Part shown: positions 31,593 to 45,100 of the stretch, in pieces
Numbering within the stretch: the first letter of the stretch is position 1
How the letters are laid out: each line of letters begins with the position of its first letter
From: a virus
DNA: 64,000 nt
Strand: one strand, 5' to 3'
IMG/VR virus record: IMGVR_UViG_3300034071_001414
Span: 1 to 64,000 of that record
Notes under the pieces: generated by a model
Told to the model about the DNA's origin: nothing
Seen by the model: the letters and a program-made list of their open reading frames with translations, nothing else
Database searches by the model: none
Made by a program: the position numbers and the translations under genes

Positions 31593-31787
31593 ATGACTAG
31601 CAAGATATATCACATATATGCAAAGGACAGGTGTTTATTTCATTCAATCAAAGAAGAAGAATTTAAGACGACTTGGAACACTTTGAGAAATATGGTTGGA
31701 TTAATGAAAACAGATTATACTGTAGATGATTTGTCATATGAAGAGTTGACTGTAAATAAAGAAATAATTCTAAATTCTTCACATTGA
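31593..31787 (+). CDS. Hypothetical protein
   Basis: GGAG upstream; clean ORF. Confidence 0.6.
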   Translation: MTSKIYHIYAKDRCLFHSIKEEEFKTTWNTLRNMVGLMKTDYTVDDLSYEELTVNKEIILNSSH

Positions 31788-31837
31788 CAAAACATATATA
31801 GACTGTTAAAATTGATATTGAAGGTTATTTTTAACTT

Positions 31838-32605
31838 ATGGCAAAAGGATTTACCGTTAAAGCTACTGCACCAAAACCCAAGGAACATGAATGGGATATT
31901 GATGCAATTAAAGAAAGAATGCGAGGCAAATCAATTGTATTCTGTCTTCCTGGAAGAGGATGTTCATTTATTTTCTTAAAAGCATTTGTACAACTTTGTT
32001 TTGATTTAGTTCAAAATGGAATGAGTATTCAAATTTCACAAGATTACTCATCAATGGTCAATTTTGCACGTTGTAAATGTTTGGGTGCTAATGTTCTTCG
32101 TGGACCTAAACAAGTCCCTTGGGATGGCAAACTCGAATATGATTATCAACTCTGGATTGACTCGGATATTGTCTTTGACTCTACCAAATTCTGGCAACTC
32201 TGTGACCTGGCTTTACCTGCTGAGGAAGAAGAGAAGGAAATTGTTGCTGGATGGTATGCAACTGAAGATGGTCACACAACCTCTGTCGCACACTGGTTGG
32301 AAGAAGATGATTTCCGCAAAAATGGTGGAGTCATGAATCATGAGACTGTAGAATCAATCAGCAAGCGCCGCAAGCCATTCACTGTAGATTACACAGGTTT
32401 TGGATGGGTTCTGATTAAGAAAGGAGTATTTGAGAATCTTGAATATCCTTGGTTTGCTCCGAAGATGCAACAATTTGAATCTGGCAACGTTCAAGATATG
32501 TGTGGAGAGGATGTTTCATTCTGCCTTGATGCAAAAGAGGCTGGGTTTGAGATTTGGTGCGATCCTCGTATTAGAGTTGGGCATGAGAAAACTCGTATTA
32601 TCTGA
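31838..32605 (+). CDS. Glycosyltransferase-like (GT-A fold) protein
   Basis: LWIDSD (DxD), TGFGWVLIKKGVFE, GEDVSFC, VGHEK; TTGACA-17-TAAAAT upstream. Confidence 0.7.
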   Translation: MAKGFTVKATAPKPKEHEWDIDAIKERMRGKSIVFCLPGRGCSFIFLKAFVQLCFDLVQNGMSIQISQDYSSMVNFARCKCLGANVLRGPKQVPWDGKLEYDYQLWIDSDIVFDSTKFWQLCDLALPAEEEEKEIVAGWYATEDGHTTSVAHWLEEDDFRKNGGVMNHETVESISKRRKPFTVDYTGFGWVLIKKGVFENLEYPWFAPKMQQFESGNVQDMCGEDVSFCLDAKEAGFEIWCDPRIRVGHEKTRII

Positions 32606-32752
32606 TGAACTACAACGTACTTTACAAAGGACGTAAAATTTATATGAATCTCACTGCAGATGAATGCAGTGAGATTCTTCAAGACTTTGCTGAGCGTTTT
32701 TACTCGGATGAAGATATTGATCCTAATTTAATTGAACTGGAGGAAATTAACA

Positions 32753-32893
32753 ATGGCTAAAGGTGGAAGTAATAAAACCGTGTTCGAACCAGGAACACCT
32801 AAAAAGACTCGTCAGGGACGTTCGGCAAGAACTCTTCTAAGTGCGACTTCTCGTAATGGTAAAAAGAAACGATATCGTGGACAAGGTAAATAG
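32753..32893 (+). CDS. 46-aa basic peptide
   Basis: GAGG upstream; MAKGGSNK...KKKRYRGQGK. Confidence 0.55.
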   Translation: MAKGGSNKTVFEPGTPKKTRQGRSARTLLSATSRNGKKKRYRGQGK

Positions 32894-32936
32894 ATTTAAC
32901 AGCATGTAGAAATACATGCTTTTTTAATGGAATTTT

Positions 32937-33644
32937 ATGGCATATCTTAATCACAACCTACCAACAATCACTTGTTATATTCGTAATGAATTTCTCTACA
33001 ATCATAAAAAAGGTCATGGTGAGGTAACTTTATGCGACGTACACTCTGTAGCGTCCTTAGAGAAGCATGTACCCCTCTTTGAGGCATTTCTAGAGAATGG
33101 GGTCAATTGGACACGTAGACCAATTCATGCGTTCTGTTGGAAACCAGATGCTCCAGTTCCAGAGTTAGAAGAGTGTATGTGGTGGGATTGCTTTTCTCCT
33201 TATATTGATGTTCAAGTTCGTTCAAGATTATCTAACTTACGTGCTGAACTTATCAATTATAAGGGAAAGAAGAATGAAGGAACTTATATGTTCACTCTTG
33301 ATTGGTCATGGGAGTCAAAATCTACGTTGAATACTAATTTTAGTGAGACTCCAGAGCATAAATGTGCTCATTTTTTTAAGATGGATAATGGAAATTTCTA
33401 TGCATACCCTAATAATAAGATATTATGGTATGATGATGCGTGGACAAAGAATAGAATTACCAAAAATCCAGGTTATGAAATTGATTTAACCGAATATTCT
33501 GTCGAAAATCGTCGAAAAATAGAAACATCGGACGATTTTATGTACGAAATCAAAGAAATTCGGGATAGCAACCCCGTAAAAAGTTCTGATTTAACAGATC
33601 AGGAGCAAAAAAATGGAAGAAAAGATGCTGAGGGAAATCGCTAA
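32937..33644 (+). CDS. Hypothetical phage protein
   Basis: 235-aa ORF. Confidence 0.7.
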   Translation: MAYLNHNLPTITCYIRNEFLYNHKKGHGEVTLCDVHSVASLEKHVPLFEAFLENGVNWTRRPIHAFCWKPDAPVPELEECMWWDCFSPYIDVQVRSRLSNLRAELINYKGKKNEGTYMFTLDWSWESKSTLNTNFSETPEHKCAHFFKMDNGNFYAYPNNKILWYDDAWTKNRITKNPGYEIDLTEYSVENRRKIETSDDFMYEIKEIRDSNPVKSSDLTDQEQKNGRKDAEGNR

Positions 33645-33777
33645 TGACGATTTAACTCCCAAAAAACATGATTTTAAGGTTCAAAATGAAATTCATGAGA
33701 AAATTCGTAATGATGAAGACTATGATGACTGGGAATACGGCACAGAACCTCTTTATGAATCGAAAAAAGGCGAATAA
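33613..33777 (+). CDS. 54-aa acidic hypothetical protein
   Basis: AGGAG SD; MEEKMLREIANDD...YESKKGE. Confidence 0.55.
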   Translation: MEEKMLREIANDDLTPKKHDFKVQNEIHEKIRNDEDYDDWEYGTEPLYESKKGE

Positions 33778-33800
33778 ATAAAGTAGATTTAAAATAATTC

Positions 33801-34202
33801 ATGCCTCTAGAGCGGGTAAGTCAAAGTTTTAAGGACGTTAGTATGACTTTTCAGACTAATCCTCTGAATAGTGATCTTATTGCATTGAAAAATGAAACTG
33901 CCATCTCCCGCTCTATTAAAAATATTGTCTTTACTCTCCCTGGAGAAAAGTTCTTTAATGAAAATTTTGGTTCCAATATTTCAAGAGTTCTTTTTGAAAA
34001 TGTAGACGAAATTTCAGCATCAATCATTGCAGATGAAATCAGACAGTCAATAATAAACTATGAGCCAAGAGTTAGACTGATTGATATTCAAATTTTTCCA
34101 GATTATGATAATGGTTCTTTTGATGTAATTATCATATATGAGATTATAGGAGTGGACGTTGCTCCACAACAATTACAATTTGTATTGCAACCTACTAGGT
34201 AA
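33801..34202 (+). CDS. gp25: Baseplate wedge subunit gp25
   Basis: SIKNIVFTLPGEKFFNENFGS...INYEPRV; late promoter AATAAATA upstream. Confidence 0.9.
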   Translation: MPLERVSQSFKDVSMTFQTNPLNSDLIALKNETAISRSIKNIVFTLPGEKFFNENFGSNISRVLFENVDEISASIIADEIRQSIINYEPRVRLIDIQIFPDYDNGSFDVIIIYEIIGVDVAPQQLQFVLQPTR

Positions 34203-36128
34203 ATGCCATTAGTAAATTTTTCAAATCTGGACTTCGACCAGATTAAAACAACACTTAAAGATTACTTAAAAGCGAATTCTAATTTTACTGATTATGATTT
34301 TGAAGGGTCTAACCTTTCATCAATTCTTGATGTTTTGGCATACAATACCTATATAACCTCATATAATGCAAATATGGTTGCAAATGAGGTTTTTATAGAT
34401 AGTGCAACTCTTAGAGAAAATGTAGTTGCCCTTGCTAGGAATATAGGATATGTGCCAAGATCTAGGGAGGCAGCAACTGCAACAATAAGTTTCTTTGTTG
34501 ATGTATCGAATGTCTTTCCAAAACTATCTTCTCTTACATTAAAAAAAGGACCTATTGCAACATCATTTGGATCTTTTGGTAATCAATCATTTATTTTTTC
34601 AATATTAGATGATATTACAGTCCCAGTTTTTAACGGAATTGCTTCATTTGACAACATAATAGTTTACGAAGGAATTCTTTTATCAAATAATTTTACGTAT
34701 TCTTCAAGGAATCCGAATCAAAGATTTATTTTACCAAATTCTGGTGTAGACACAGATTTGATATCAGTAAATGTTAAGAATAATGAACAATCATCAATAG
34801 TTCAAAAATATACGTCTCAAGATAGTCTTTTCGATATTGATAAAGAGTCTAGAGTTTATTTTTTACAAGAAATAGAAGATGAGAGATATGAAATTATTTT
34901 TGGTGATGGAGTGTTTGGAAAAAAACTTGATGAGGGAAATTACATAACTATCAATTATATTACTTCAAACGGTGATAGTGCAAATGGAGTTTCTCAGTTC
35001 ACTTTTTCTGGGAGATTAACATATACAAGAAATTCTATAGAATATACTGTATCGACAGGAATTTCTCTAGTAACCACCATTTTATCATCTTCTGGTGGCG
35101 AAAATATAGAATCAGTAGAATCAATAAAAAAATATGCACCTAGAATATATTCCTCTCAGAATAGAGCTGTCACGGTAAATGATTTTGAAACTCTAATACC
35201 TTCCAAAATTTACAAAGAAACAGAATCCATATCAGTTTTTGGTGGAGAAGATTTAGTACCACCACAATATGGAAAGGTTTTTATAAGCATTAAACCAAGA
35301 TTTGGAGATTTTATTCCAAATTTAATAAAAGAGGATATTAAGTTAAAATTAAAAAAATATGCAATATCTGGTATAGTTCCAGAAATACTCGATCTTAAGT
35401 ATCTTTATCTTGAGGTAAACTCTAAAGTATACTATAACACAAACTTATCACCATCCTCAGAATATGTGTCAAGCATTGTTCAACAAAATGCATTGAAATA
35501 TTCAGAGTCTACTGAGTTAAATCAATATGGAGCAAGATTTAAATATAGTAAATTTTTGAAAATAATAGATGATAGTCATGAATCAGTCACCTCAAATATA
35601 ACAACACTTCAAATGAGAAGAGATTTGAGAGTAACTTTAAATACTTATGCAGAATATCAAATTGGATTTGGAAATGAATTTCATATAAAAAATACAAATG
35701 GTTATAACATTAAAACATCTGGATTTAGAATTGATGGATCAACTCAGACAGTTTACATAGGAGATGTTCCTAATGCAGACGGAATAACGGGTTCTTTATT
35801 TTTGTTCACCCTAGATTCAATAAATTCAACTTCTCCAACAATTTTAAGAAGAAATATTGGAAATATTGATTATATAAAAGGTGTACTTACAATAAATCCG
35901 ATTAATATTTTATCTGGAAAGGTAAAAGATGGTCAAACTATCATTGAAATATCTGCTATCCCAAAATCAAATGATGTTGTCGGAAAACAAGATCTTTATT
36001 TGCAACTAGATATTAATAACAGTATTTTTGATATGGTTATTGATAACATTTCAACTGGATTAGACCCTTCAGCATCAAATTATATTGTATCATCAAGTTA
36101 TAACAACGGAAATTTAGTAAGATCATAA
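34203..36128 (+). CDS. gp6: Baseplate wedge subunit gp6
   Basis: LDFDQIK...FTDYDFEGS, FIDSATLRENVV, FGDGVFGK, QNRAVT. Confidence 0.95.
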   Translation: MPLVNFSNLDFDQIKTTLKDYLKANSNFTDYDFEGSNLSSILDVLAYNTYITSYNANMVANEVFIDSATLRENVVALARNIGYVPRSREAATATISFFVDVSNVFPKLSSLTLKKGPIATSFGSFGNQSFIFSILDDITVPVFNGIASFDNIIVYEGILLSNNFTYSSRNPNQRFILPNSGVDTDLISVNVKNNEQSSIVQKYTSQDSLFDIDKESRVYFLQEIEDERYEIIFGDGVFGKKLDEGNYITINYITSNGDSANGVSQFTFSGRLTYTRNSIEYTVSTGISLVTTILSSSGGENIESVESIKKYAPRIYSSQNRAVTVNDFETLIPSKIYKETESISVFGGEDLVPPQYGKVFISIKPRFGDFIPNLIKEDIKLKLKKYAISGIVPEILDLKYLYLEVNSKVYYNTNLSPSSEYVSSIVQQNALKYSESTELNQYGARFKYSKFLKIIDDSHESVTSNITTLQMRRDLRVTLNTYAEYQIGFGNEFHIKNTNGYNIKTSGFRIDGSTQTVYIGDVPNADGITGSLFLFTLDSINSTSPTILRRNIGNIDYIKGVLTINPINILSGKVKDGQTIIEISAIPKSNDVVGKQDLYLQLDINNSIFDMVIDNISTGLDPSASNYIVSSSYNNGNLVRS

Positions 36129-36132
36129 TAAA

Positions 36133-39100
36133 ATGACAGAAAAAAGAATTCAAATTAAAGACATTGTAAATAACCAACTTCCACAATATGTGAAGGAAGA
36201 TTATCCTCTTGTTGCTGAATTTCTTAAACAGTACTATTTGTCTCAGGAATTTCCAGGTGGTCCTGCTGATTTAATACAAAATATTGATAGGTATGTAAAA
36301 GTAGATAGCACAACAGAACTGGTAGATTTTGTTCTTTTACAATCTGATATTTCTAGTATAGATGAAAACATATCAGTAGATTTTTTAAATTTTGAGCAAA
36401 ATCAAATTGATTTTCCAGATAATTACGGTTTAATATCAATAGATGATGAATTAATTTTATATGAAAATAAAACTACATTTGGATTTGAAAATTGTCACAG
36501 AGGATTTAGTGGCATAATATCTCACAAAAATATAAACGTTGGAATAGCTTCTACTTATATTCTTCGTCCTTCCGATGAATTAATTTTTAAAAAATCAGAC
36601 TCTTCTTCACATAAATCTGGTACAAAAATTTATAATTTAAGTTCTTTATTTTTAAAAGAATTTTTACTTAAATTAAAATATCAATTAACACCAGGATTTG
36701 AGGGTAGAAGTTTTGTCGAAAAAGCGAACGAAGCAACTATCATTAAACAAATAAAAGATTTTTATAAAAGTAAAGGTACAGATCAATCGTTTGAAATTTT
36801 ATTTAGATCTTTATATGGCGAAGACGTAGAAGTATTACGCCCAAAAAATTTCCTTTTTAGACCATCAGACGCTCAGTATAAAATAACAAATGATTTTATT
36901 GTAGAAAAAATATCTGGTCCAATAGAAAAAATTAGAAATCTGACATTATTTCAGAATGAATATTTAAATATTACAAAAGCTTATGGTACAATAACTGAAC
37001 CTCTTGAAGAGATAGTTACAAGCGATGGTAAAATATTTTATAAGTTAAAAATTGATGGTGGATATAATAGGGATATTATATCTGATGGTGCCATTTATGG
37101 AGGTTTTTCCGTACATCCAAAAACTAGAGTTATTGGAGATTATAATACGCAATCTACTACAATAGATGTTGATTCCACTGTAGGGTTCCCAAATAAAGGT
37201 GAATTTTTAGTAAATTATGAGGATGGTACACAGGGCGTAGTTTCATACAATTCCAAAAGTTTAACCCAGTTTATTGAATGCTCTGGCATTACAAAAAATA
37301 TTTTAGATAATTCTATAATTGGGGTTAACACTTACGCATATGCTAATACAGAAGATGGTGAAGAAATTAGAGTAAGAATTGTTTCTACTTTAAATGATTT
37401 GGATATTCCGGATGATAATATTTTGTTTACTGAAGGTGATACTATAAAAATAAAAACACTTGGTTTTGAAGATGGTGATACAAGATTAAACGAGTGGTTA
37501 TTTAACTTACCTATTGTTTATGATGTAGAGTCTTATGGTATAGTTGACAATTTTGATAATACTTATTCATTATCTTTAAAAGATACCCACAATTTAAAAG
37601 TTGGTGATGTATTGCAAATTATTGATAATTTGGGTAATAGGAAGCAATCTACTATAATTGACGTAATTTCAAATAAAACAATTATTATTTCTGGACAGGG
37701 ATTTTTGCCCGAAAGTTTATACAAAGTAAAGAGAAATATTTTAAAAGGAAATTCATCAAAATATTCATATATTGGAGAAATTTCAACAGATATTCAAAAT
37801 GTTTATACAAACAAAAATAATGATATATTAATATCTTCCCCATCTATTCCATATTATCCAAATGCCCAATTAAATTTAAATAATAGAACTATTTCTTTTT
37901 CTGGATCTTACAGTGCAGGATCTACAATATTTAAATTAACATCTACCATCGATCACGGATTTTATACGGGAGATTGCGTTTATTATACACCAGAAAAGGA
38001 AACAATTCAATCTAGAGACATTGATGGAAATATAAACAATCTTGAAATAATATCAACTTCTTTATTTGATGAAGGAATTTATTTCATTAAAAGAATTGAT
38101 AAAAACAATGTTAAATTATCAAAAAGTAAATCTGATATTCTATATGAAAAGTATGTATCTCCGGAAGATGACGTTGTAATTAATAATAATAAGATAGAAC
38201 CTATAGAATTTAGAGGTAAAGCGATAAAATCGCAAAAATTACTAAGAGAAATTTCTACACCAATTATATCAGAAAAATTAGAAAAAACATCTCCTGGATT
38301 TACTGGTATTTTAATCAATGGCACAGAAATTTTAAATTATAAATCAAAGGACAAAATTATCTTTGGTCCTTTAGAACAAATTGATGTAGTTTCGGGTGGA
38401 TCTGATTATGATGTAATAAATCCACCTAGAGTAATAATTTCAGATTCGGTAGGGAGTGGAGCCACTGGACATTGTTCAGTTTCTGGTTCTTTAAAAGAAA
38501 TTCGCATACTAGATCCTGGTTTTGACTATTTGGAAGATCCAATTGTACAAATTACCGGAGGTAATGGAATTGGTGCTATAGCCAAATGTAACACTAAATT
38601 GATTACACACAAATCCACATTTAATTCAGAAAAAGGTTCTGGATTGGTTGGGATTGGCAGCACTATCTCTACTATTGGATTCTCTACTTATCATAAATTT
38701 AGAAATGGAGAAGAGGTAATATATAAAACCAACTCTCATATCTCAGTTGGTGGATTGTCTACAGATTCAAAGTATTACGTTTCTACAGTTTCTGCAACAA
38801 AAATAAAATTACACAAAACACTAGGTGATTCTATTTCAGGAATAAACACAGTAACATTAACTGATTATGGAGTAGGAAATCACGATTTTGAATCTGTAAA
38901 TCTGAAAAGAATCCTATCATCTATAAATGTAGAAAATTCCGGAAGTGGATATCAAAATAAAAAAAGAACGGTTTCATATTCAGGTATTAATATTGCTTCA
39001 GATATAATAACAATAGAAAATCATGGTTTTCTTTCTAAAGAAATTGTAAAATATAGCACAATAGGGACTGTTATTGGTGGATTGGTAGAAGATAAAAATT

Positions 39101-42100
39101 ATTATGTATTAAAAATAGATGATAATCAATTTAAACTCTGCGAAATTGGAACTGGTATCTATACCCAAGATTATTTTTATAATACAGGACAGTTTATAAA
39201 TTTAACATCAAGAAATTCTGACATTCATGCATTCAATTATCCAGATATTGAAGTTGAAATAATTGGAACTGTTGGATTATCGTCATATTACAAAGCAAAA
39301 ATTGATCCTATTTTTAGAGGAGAAATAACTTCATTTCATTTAGAATCAAAAGGTTCTTCGTATGGTGTTGAAGAAGTATTTAATATAGAAAGACAACCTT
39401 CACTCAGCATTTTATCTGGATCTGGGTCAGAATTTGATGTAATAGTTTCAAATGGACGTATACAAAAAGTTCTCATAAATTCTGTTGGTGAAAATTATAC
39501 ATGCTCTCCAGATTTAATCGTAGTCGGAGATGGAAATGGTGCAGTATTAACTCCAGTAGTTTTAAATAATCAAATTGTTGACGTTAAAGTTATTGAACCA
39601 GGTGCCGGATATTCTTCTAATAATACGCAAATAATTGTTTCTCATCCAGGAAGTGGAGTTAAATTTACTTCCAAAATTAAAACTTGGACCGTAAATTTAT
39701 TTGCAAAATATTTAAATATATTTGCAGAAGATGATGGATGTTTAAGTCCAGGACTAAATGAACAGTATGAAATTCAATATTGCCATATATACGCACCAAG
39801 AAAATTAAGACAAATCTTATATTCTAGAGATCAATCAGGAAAAATTTTATTTTCAAATCCAGATTTAAAATTTTCTAGAAACAAAGAAATAAAATCAACG
39901 GATCATTCTCCAATAATTGGATGGTCTTACGATGGACATCCAATTTATGGACCATATGGATATTCCAAAAAATCTGGTGGAGGTGTTTCTCAAATAAAAA
40001 GTGGATATAATTTAATTATTGAACAAAATAGACCATCTACAAATTATTTTCCACTTGGATTTTTTGTTGAAGATTACAAATATCAAAAATCAAACGACGA
40101 ATCTATATTAGATGAAAATAATGGAAGATTTTGTATAACTCCAGAATTTCCAAATGGAACTTATGCATATTTTGCAACATTTAATGAATCTTCAGTAGAT
40201 TCTTCAGGACCATTTAAAGGATACTATAGACCAAAATTCCCATACTTAATAGGAAATTTTTTCAATTCAAAACCAAATGATTTTAATTTTAAGAAAAAAT
40301 CTAATCAAGATGACATAGATCTTAATGAAACTGATTGGATTAGAAATACTTATGCTTATAATATAACAAAAACTAATTCTAGATATGAATATATAACTTT
40401 ACCAAATAATTTAAATCAATCTATAGATGTTAGTGGAGTTTCTCCAGGTTCAATTGATAATATTGGAATATCTACTGGAGGAAATGATTATAAAGTAAAT
40501 GATAAATTGATATTTAATAATGTAGATTTTGAGGGCAATTCTAGAACTTTAGGAAGTTCTGCATCAGCAGTTGTTTCTGAATTGGTTGGAAAATCAATTT
40601 CTACAGTGAGCACCGCAAGTACTTATTTTTATGATGTTTCAATATATCCATCAAGTAATAAAGGAGAATATGTTTTATATAACAGTTCCCCACATAATAT
40701 TACTGCTTATGATTTGATTAAAATATCCGGATTAAATACAACTTCAAATATAATTAATGGAAATTATGTAGCTGGAGTTACAACAACCAGATTAGTTTTA
40801 GTTGGTTTGGGATCTACAGCGGTAGGAATTCCATCTGCAAATATAACCGGAATAGTTACTTACATATCGGTTAGAGGAAATTTAGATTTTCCAAATATAA
40901 GAGAAAATGATATTTTTCAGATTGATAGCGAAAAAATAAAAATTCTAAACGTTGATAAAAAATCTTCAAGATTAAGAATTTTAAGGCAAATTGAGGGAAC
41001 ACTTGGATTGTCCCATAGTGTTACAACATTTTTATATGAAGACCCTAGAAAGTTATTTGTAAATATTTCTAAAGAAAATGATATAACAAATTACAGTTCA
41101 TATTTAGAAAATAAGCAAATTTATTTCAATCCAAAAGAATCATTGGGAATAGGAACTAATATTAATGTTGGAATAGGGACAACAATTTATTTTTCTAATC
41201 CGGGGGCGGGGGAGACACAGGTATTCATACCTCTTAGAACAATTTATTTACCAGATCATGGACTAAGCACCGGAGATTTATTGACTTATGAAGTTAACAA
41301 TGGAAGCCCTATTGTCATTTCTTCCACTGGAATAGGAACTACAACTTTATCAAATAATTCATCGGTATATGTTGCAAAAATAAACGAGAATTTGATAGGC
41401 ATTTCCACAATACAAGTTGGTTTAGGAAGTACTGGATTTTTCTCTGGTATAACACCATCCACACAAAATATTGGATTGCTATTTTTTGCAGGAATAGGCA
41501 CAGGAACCTATCATAGTTTCAAAACAAATTATCCAGAAGTTAAAGGTGATTTATCAAAACATGTTGTCACAGTTTCTACCGCACAAACTCATGGATTGAT
41601 AACTGATGATATTGTTAATGTAATGGTAAGTGTATCATCTACAACTATTGTCATAAAATATAATGATTCTAATAGAAGGATTATAGTAAATCCTAGAGAT
41701 TTTATCGGGGCAAATATAAGTACATCAAACAGTACGATTACTATTCCAAATCATGGGTATGTCAATGGTCAAAAAGTGATTTATACTTCAGATTCTCCTT
41801 CTGGAGGATTAGTCAATAATCAAATCTATTATGTTGTTCCAATCAATAAAGATATTATTAAACTTTCAAATTCTTATTATGATTCTACTATAGAAAGACC
41901 CAATACTATTGATATTACAAGTGCGTCAAACGGAATTATATCACCAATAAATCCACCAATAGATCTTTATAGAAACTCAACAGTAACATTTGATTTATCT
42001 GATTCATCTCTTTCATATGTTAACGCTTTTAAAACATATCCATCCTTTAAATTTGAATTATATGTAGATGAACAATTTAGAAAAGTTTTTGATTCTGATC

Positions 42101-45100
42101 AAAGAGATAATAGTTTTAATGTGCAAAGAGTAGGAGTAGTTGGAACTCCTGGTGCTATTTTGACTTTAAAAATTAATGAATTTATACCAAATACTTTGTA
42201 TTACGATTTAATTCCATTAGATTCTAATGGTCTTTTCTTACCTGAAGTGCAGAAAGAAATTATAAAAGATAATATTGTAAATTCTTATAATCAACTTAGG
42301 ATAAAAAATAGCATTTATAATGGCACTTATAAAATAAGAGTTTCCAATCCAAACTCTTTCGAATATTTTCTTCCAACAATTCCAGAAGTCCAATCATATA
42401 CATCTGAAATTTCTACCACATCTACCTTATCATCATATTTGAAATATACTACAAAATCTTTAACTGCATCTGGTGCAATTTCTAACATAAGAGTAACAAA
42501 TAAAGGTACTAATTATTATTCTTTACCAGGAATAACTTCGGTAAGTTCTTTAAATGGTAGGGGGTGTATATTAAATGCAGAAAGTAATACAATAGGAAAA
42601 ATTAAAAAAATAAAAATAGTAGATGGTGGTTTTGATTTTACGTCAGATAAAACTTTAAGACCATATGCAGAATTTCCAAAAAATATAAAAATTGATAATT
42701 TATATTCCATTGATAACATTGGAATATCTTCTCAAGGAAGAGGATATACAACCACACCAAAACTTGTAGTTTTGGATGGGAAAACTAAAAAAGCAATACC
42801 ATCCGATTTGAGTTATAAACTTGGAGATAGTAAAGTAACAATCAAAACCAATGCCAAAGGTTTAACTGACTCTATTCCAACGATAATTCCCACACAAAAT
42901 TCAAATGGTATAGGAATAACAGATATAACATATAATCCAACTACTAAAGAAGTAAAAGTTTATCTACCATTTTCTTTCAGTGATATTGGAAACTTTGACG
43001 CTAATACATACCCAATTAGAGTCAATGATAGAGTTTTAATTGAAAATATCAGCGTGGGTGTAAATTCTACATATAAAGGATTTAATTCTTCAAACTACGG
43101 GTATTCTTTATTCGCAATAACAAATGTAGACTTGAACATAGGTGGTGTTAGTGCTGTAACTTATAGTTTAGATGGATACCTCTTAGATTCCGAATTGCCA
43201 GGTACATATGACCCAGTTAATTCTTCAGGAAGAGTAGTTCCAGAAAGAAATTTCCCCACGTTTGAAACAACAATTAAACAGGATGGATATAAAAAGGGAG
43301 AAACTGTAATATCTAATGGCTCTTTTGGAGTTGTCGAAAATTGGGATGCTATTACCAAATATTTAAAAATATCATCAAAAAGTGACTTTGAAATTGGTAA
43401 CATTGTAGAGGGATTATCTTCAAAAACAGTAGGAACTGCATCATCAATAATTGATTTAAATTCTTATGCAAAAACTGATTTTTCGATCAAAGTACTAGGT
43501 GGGTGGGAGTCTAATGCCGGATTTTTAAATGACAATGCACAAAGAATTCAAGATAGTTTATACTATCAAAATTTTTCATATTCATTGAAATCAAGAGTTG
43601 ACTATGATACTTGGAATGATGCTGTCAGTGCTTTAAATCACACTGTTGGATTTAAAAAATACTCAGATTTCCAAATGGAGTCCAAATTAGACAATGACTT
43701 CAGTAATTTGTTTGTAGGTCTTTCTACAGATACAACTGCCACTAATGTTAAAGTAGAAATGACCAGTTATGGTGATTTAAATTGCGTTTCTGATTTTGAT
43801 TTGGGAAAAGAAAATTATTTGAATTTGAATTCAAGAATTGTAAGTAATAAAATATATTTTGATAATATACCTCTTACCGATTATTATGAGGCAAGAGGAA
43901 ATAGAGTTTTACTAATAGATGATATTAGCTCTAATTTTAATAGTGGAGAAAGACCAGAAAAATATTCAGATGTTTACAAGTTTAATATTAACACAAATAG
44001 ATCTCTAAAGTTTCTTTCATATATCAGAGATAAAAAATTTACTGGACAAAGACAGGTAATGTTGACATCTATGATTCATAATGATTCATATGGTGTCGTA
44101 AACCAATATGGAAGAATTGAAACTGCATATGATTTGGGTTCTTTTGATTTTGTAGTCGATCAACCATTTGGAATTATTCGTTTTTATCCAACAAGATATA
44201 CTATTAATAATTATGACGTTGCTTTATTATCATATAATTTAGACGATGCTTTTACTGGAGTCGGAACAACAACAATTGGTTCAATTGCTAAAGTAGATAC
44301 AAAAAATATATCTTCATCCGCTTCTACAATAAATGTTGTTAGTTTGGCAACTACATACACCTCAGCTAAAATTTTAGTACAGATATACAGAGATAGTTTA
44401 AATTATCAATTTAATGAATTAAATGTAGTTCATAATGGAACAAATATTGATTTTATTGAATATGGTGAATTGTCAACAAAAACAAGGACTGTAGAGTCAT
44501 CTGGATATGGAACATATTATCCATATATTTCTGGTGGAAATCTAAAAATAGATTTTATACCAAATGTTTCTGTTGGAAATACTTTTTATATAAACACTGC
44601 CAATGTCGCTCTTGGTGATACAAATTCATCCGGAATTGGAACTATTGAATTAGAATATGGTGAAATAAGAGCAAATAGCGTTTCTATACCTAGTTCGCCA
44701 ACACCATCTGCATCAGCAATTTTAAGTTTTACGGGAGAGCATGATTGTGCATATTGTTTAGTTCAAGTTTCCGATATTACAAATAATCGTTGTGCTTTTT
44801 CAGAGGTTATTTTGATAGTTGACGATGTAACTTCAGAACCTCTAATAACAGAATATGGTAATGTTAATACTTTTGCTGGTCTGGGTACAATTGGTGCATC
44901 AGTAACTGGAATTGGATCGACAACTCAACTAGTATTTACTCCATTACCAAATATTCAAGTCCAGGTAAAAGTATATGCCAATTTACTTGGACTTGAAGGT
45001 AATGATATAAAATCATACCAATTAAGTAACCTAAATATTAATTCTCAGTACGGATCTTACAGTGGTACTGAAGTTGACCAAGTAAGAACATTCAATTTAA

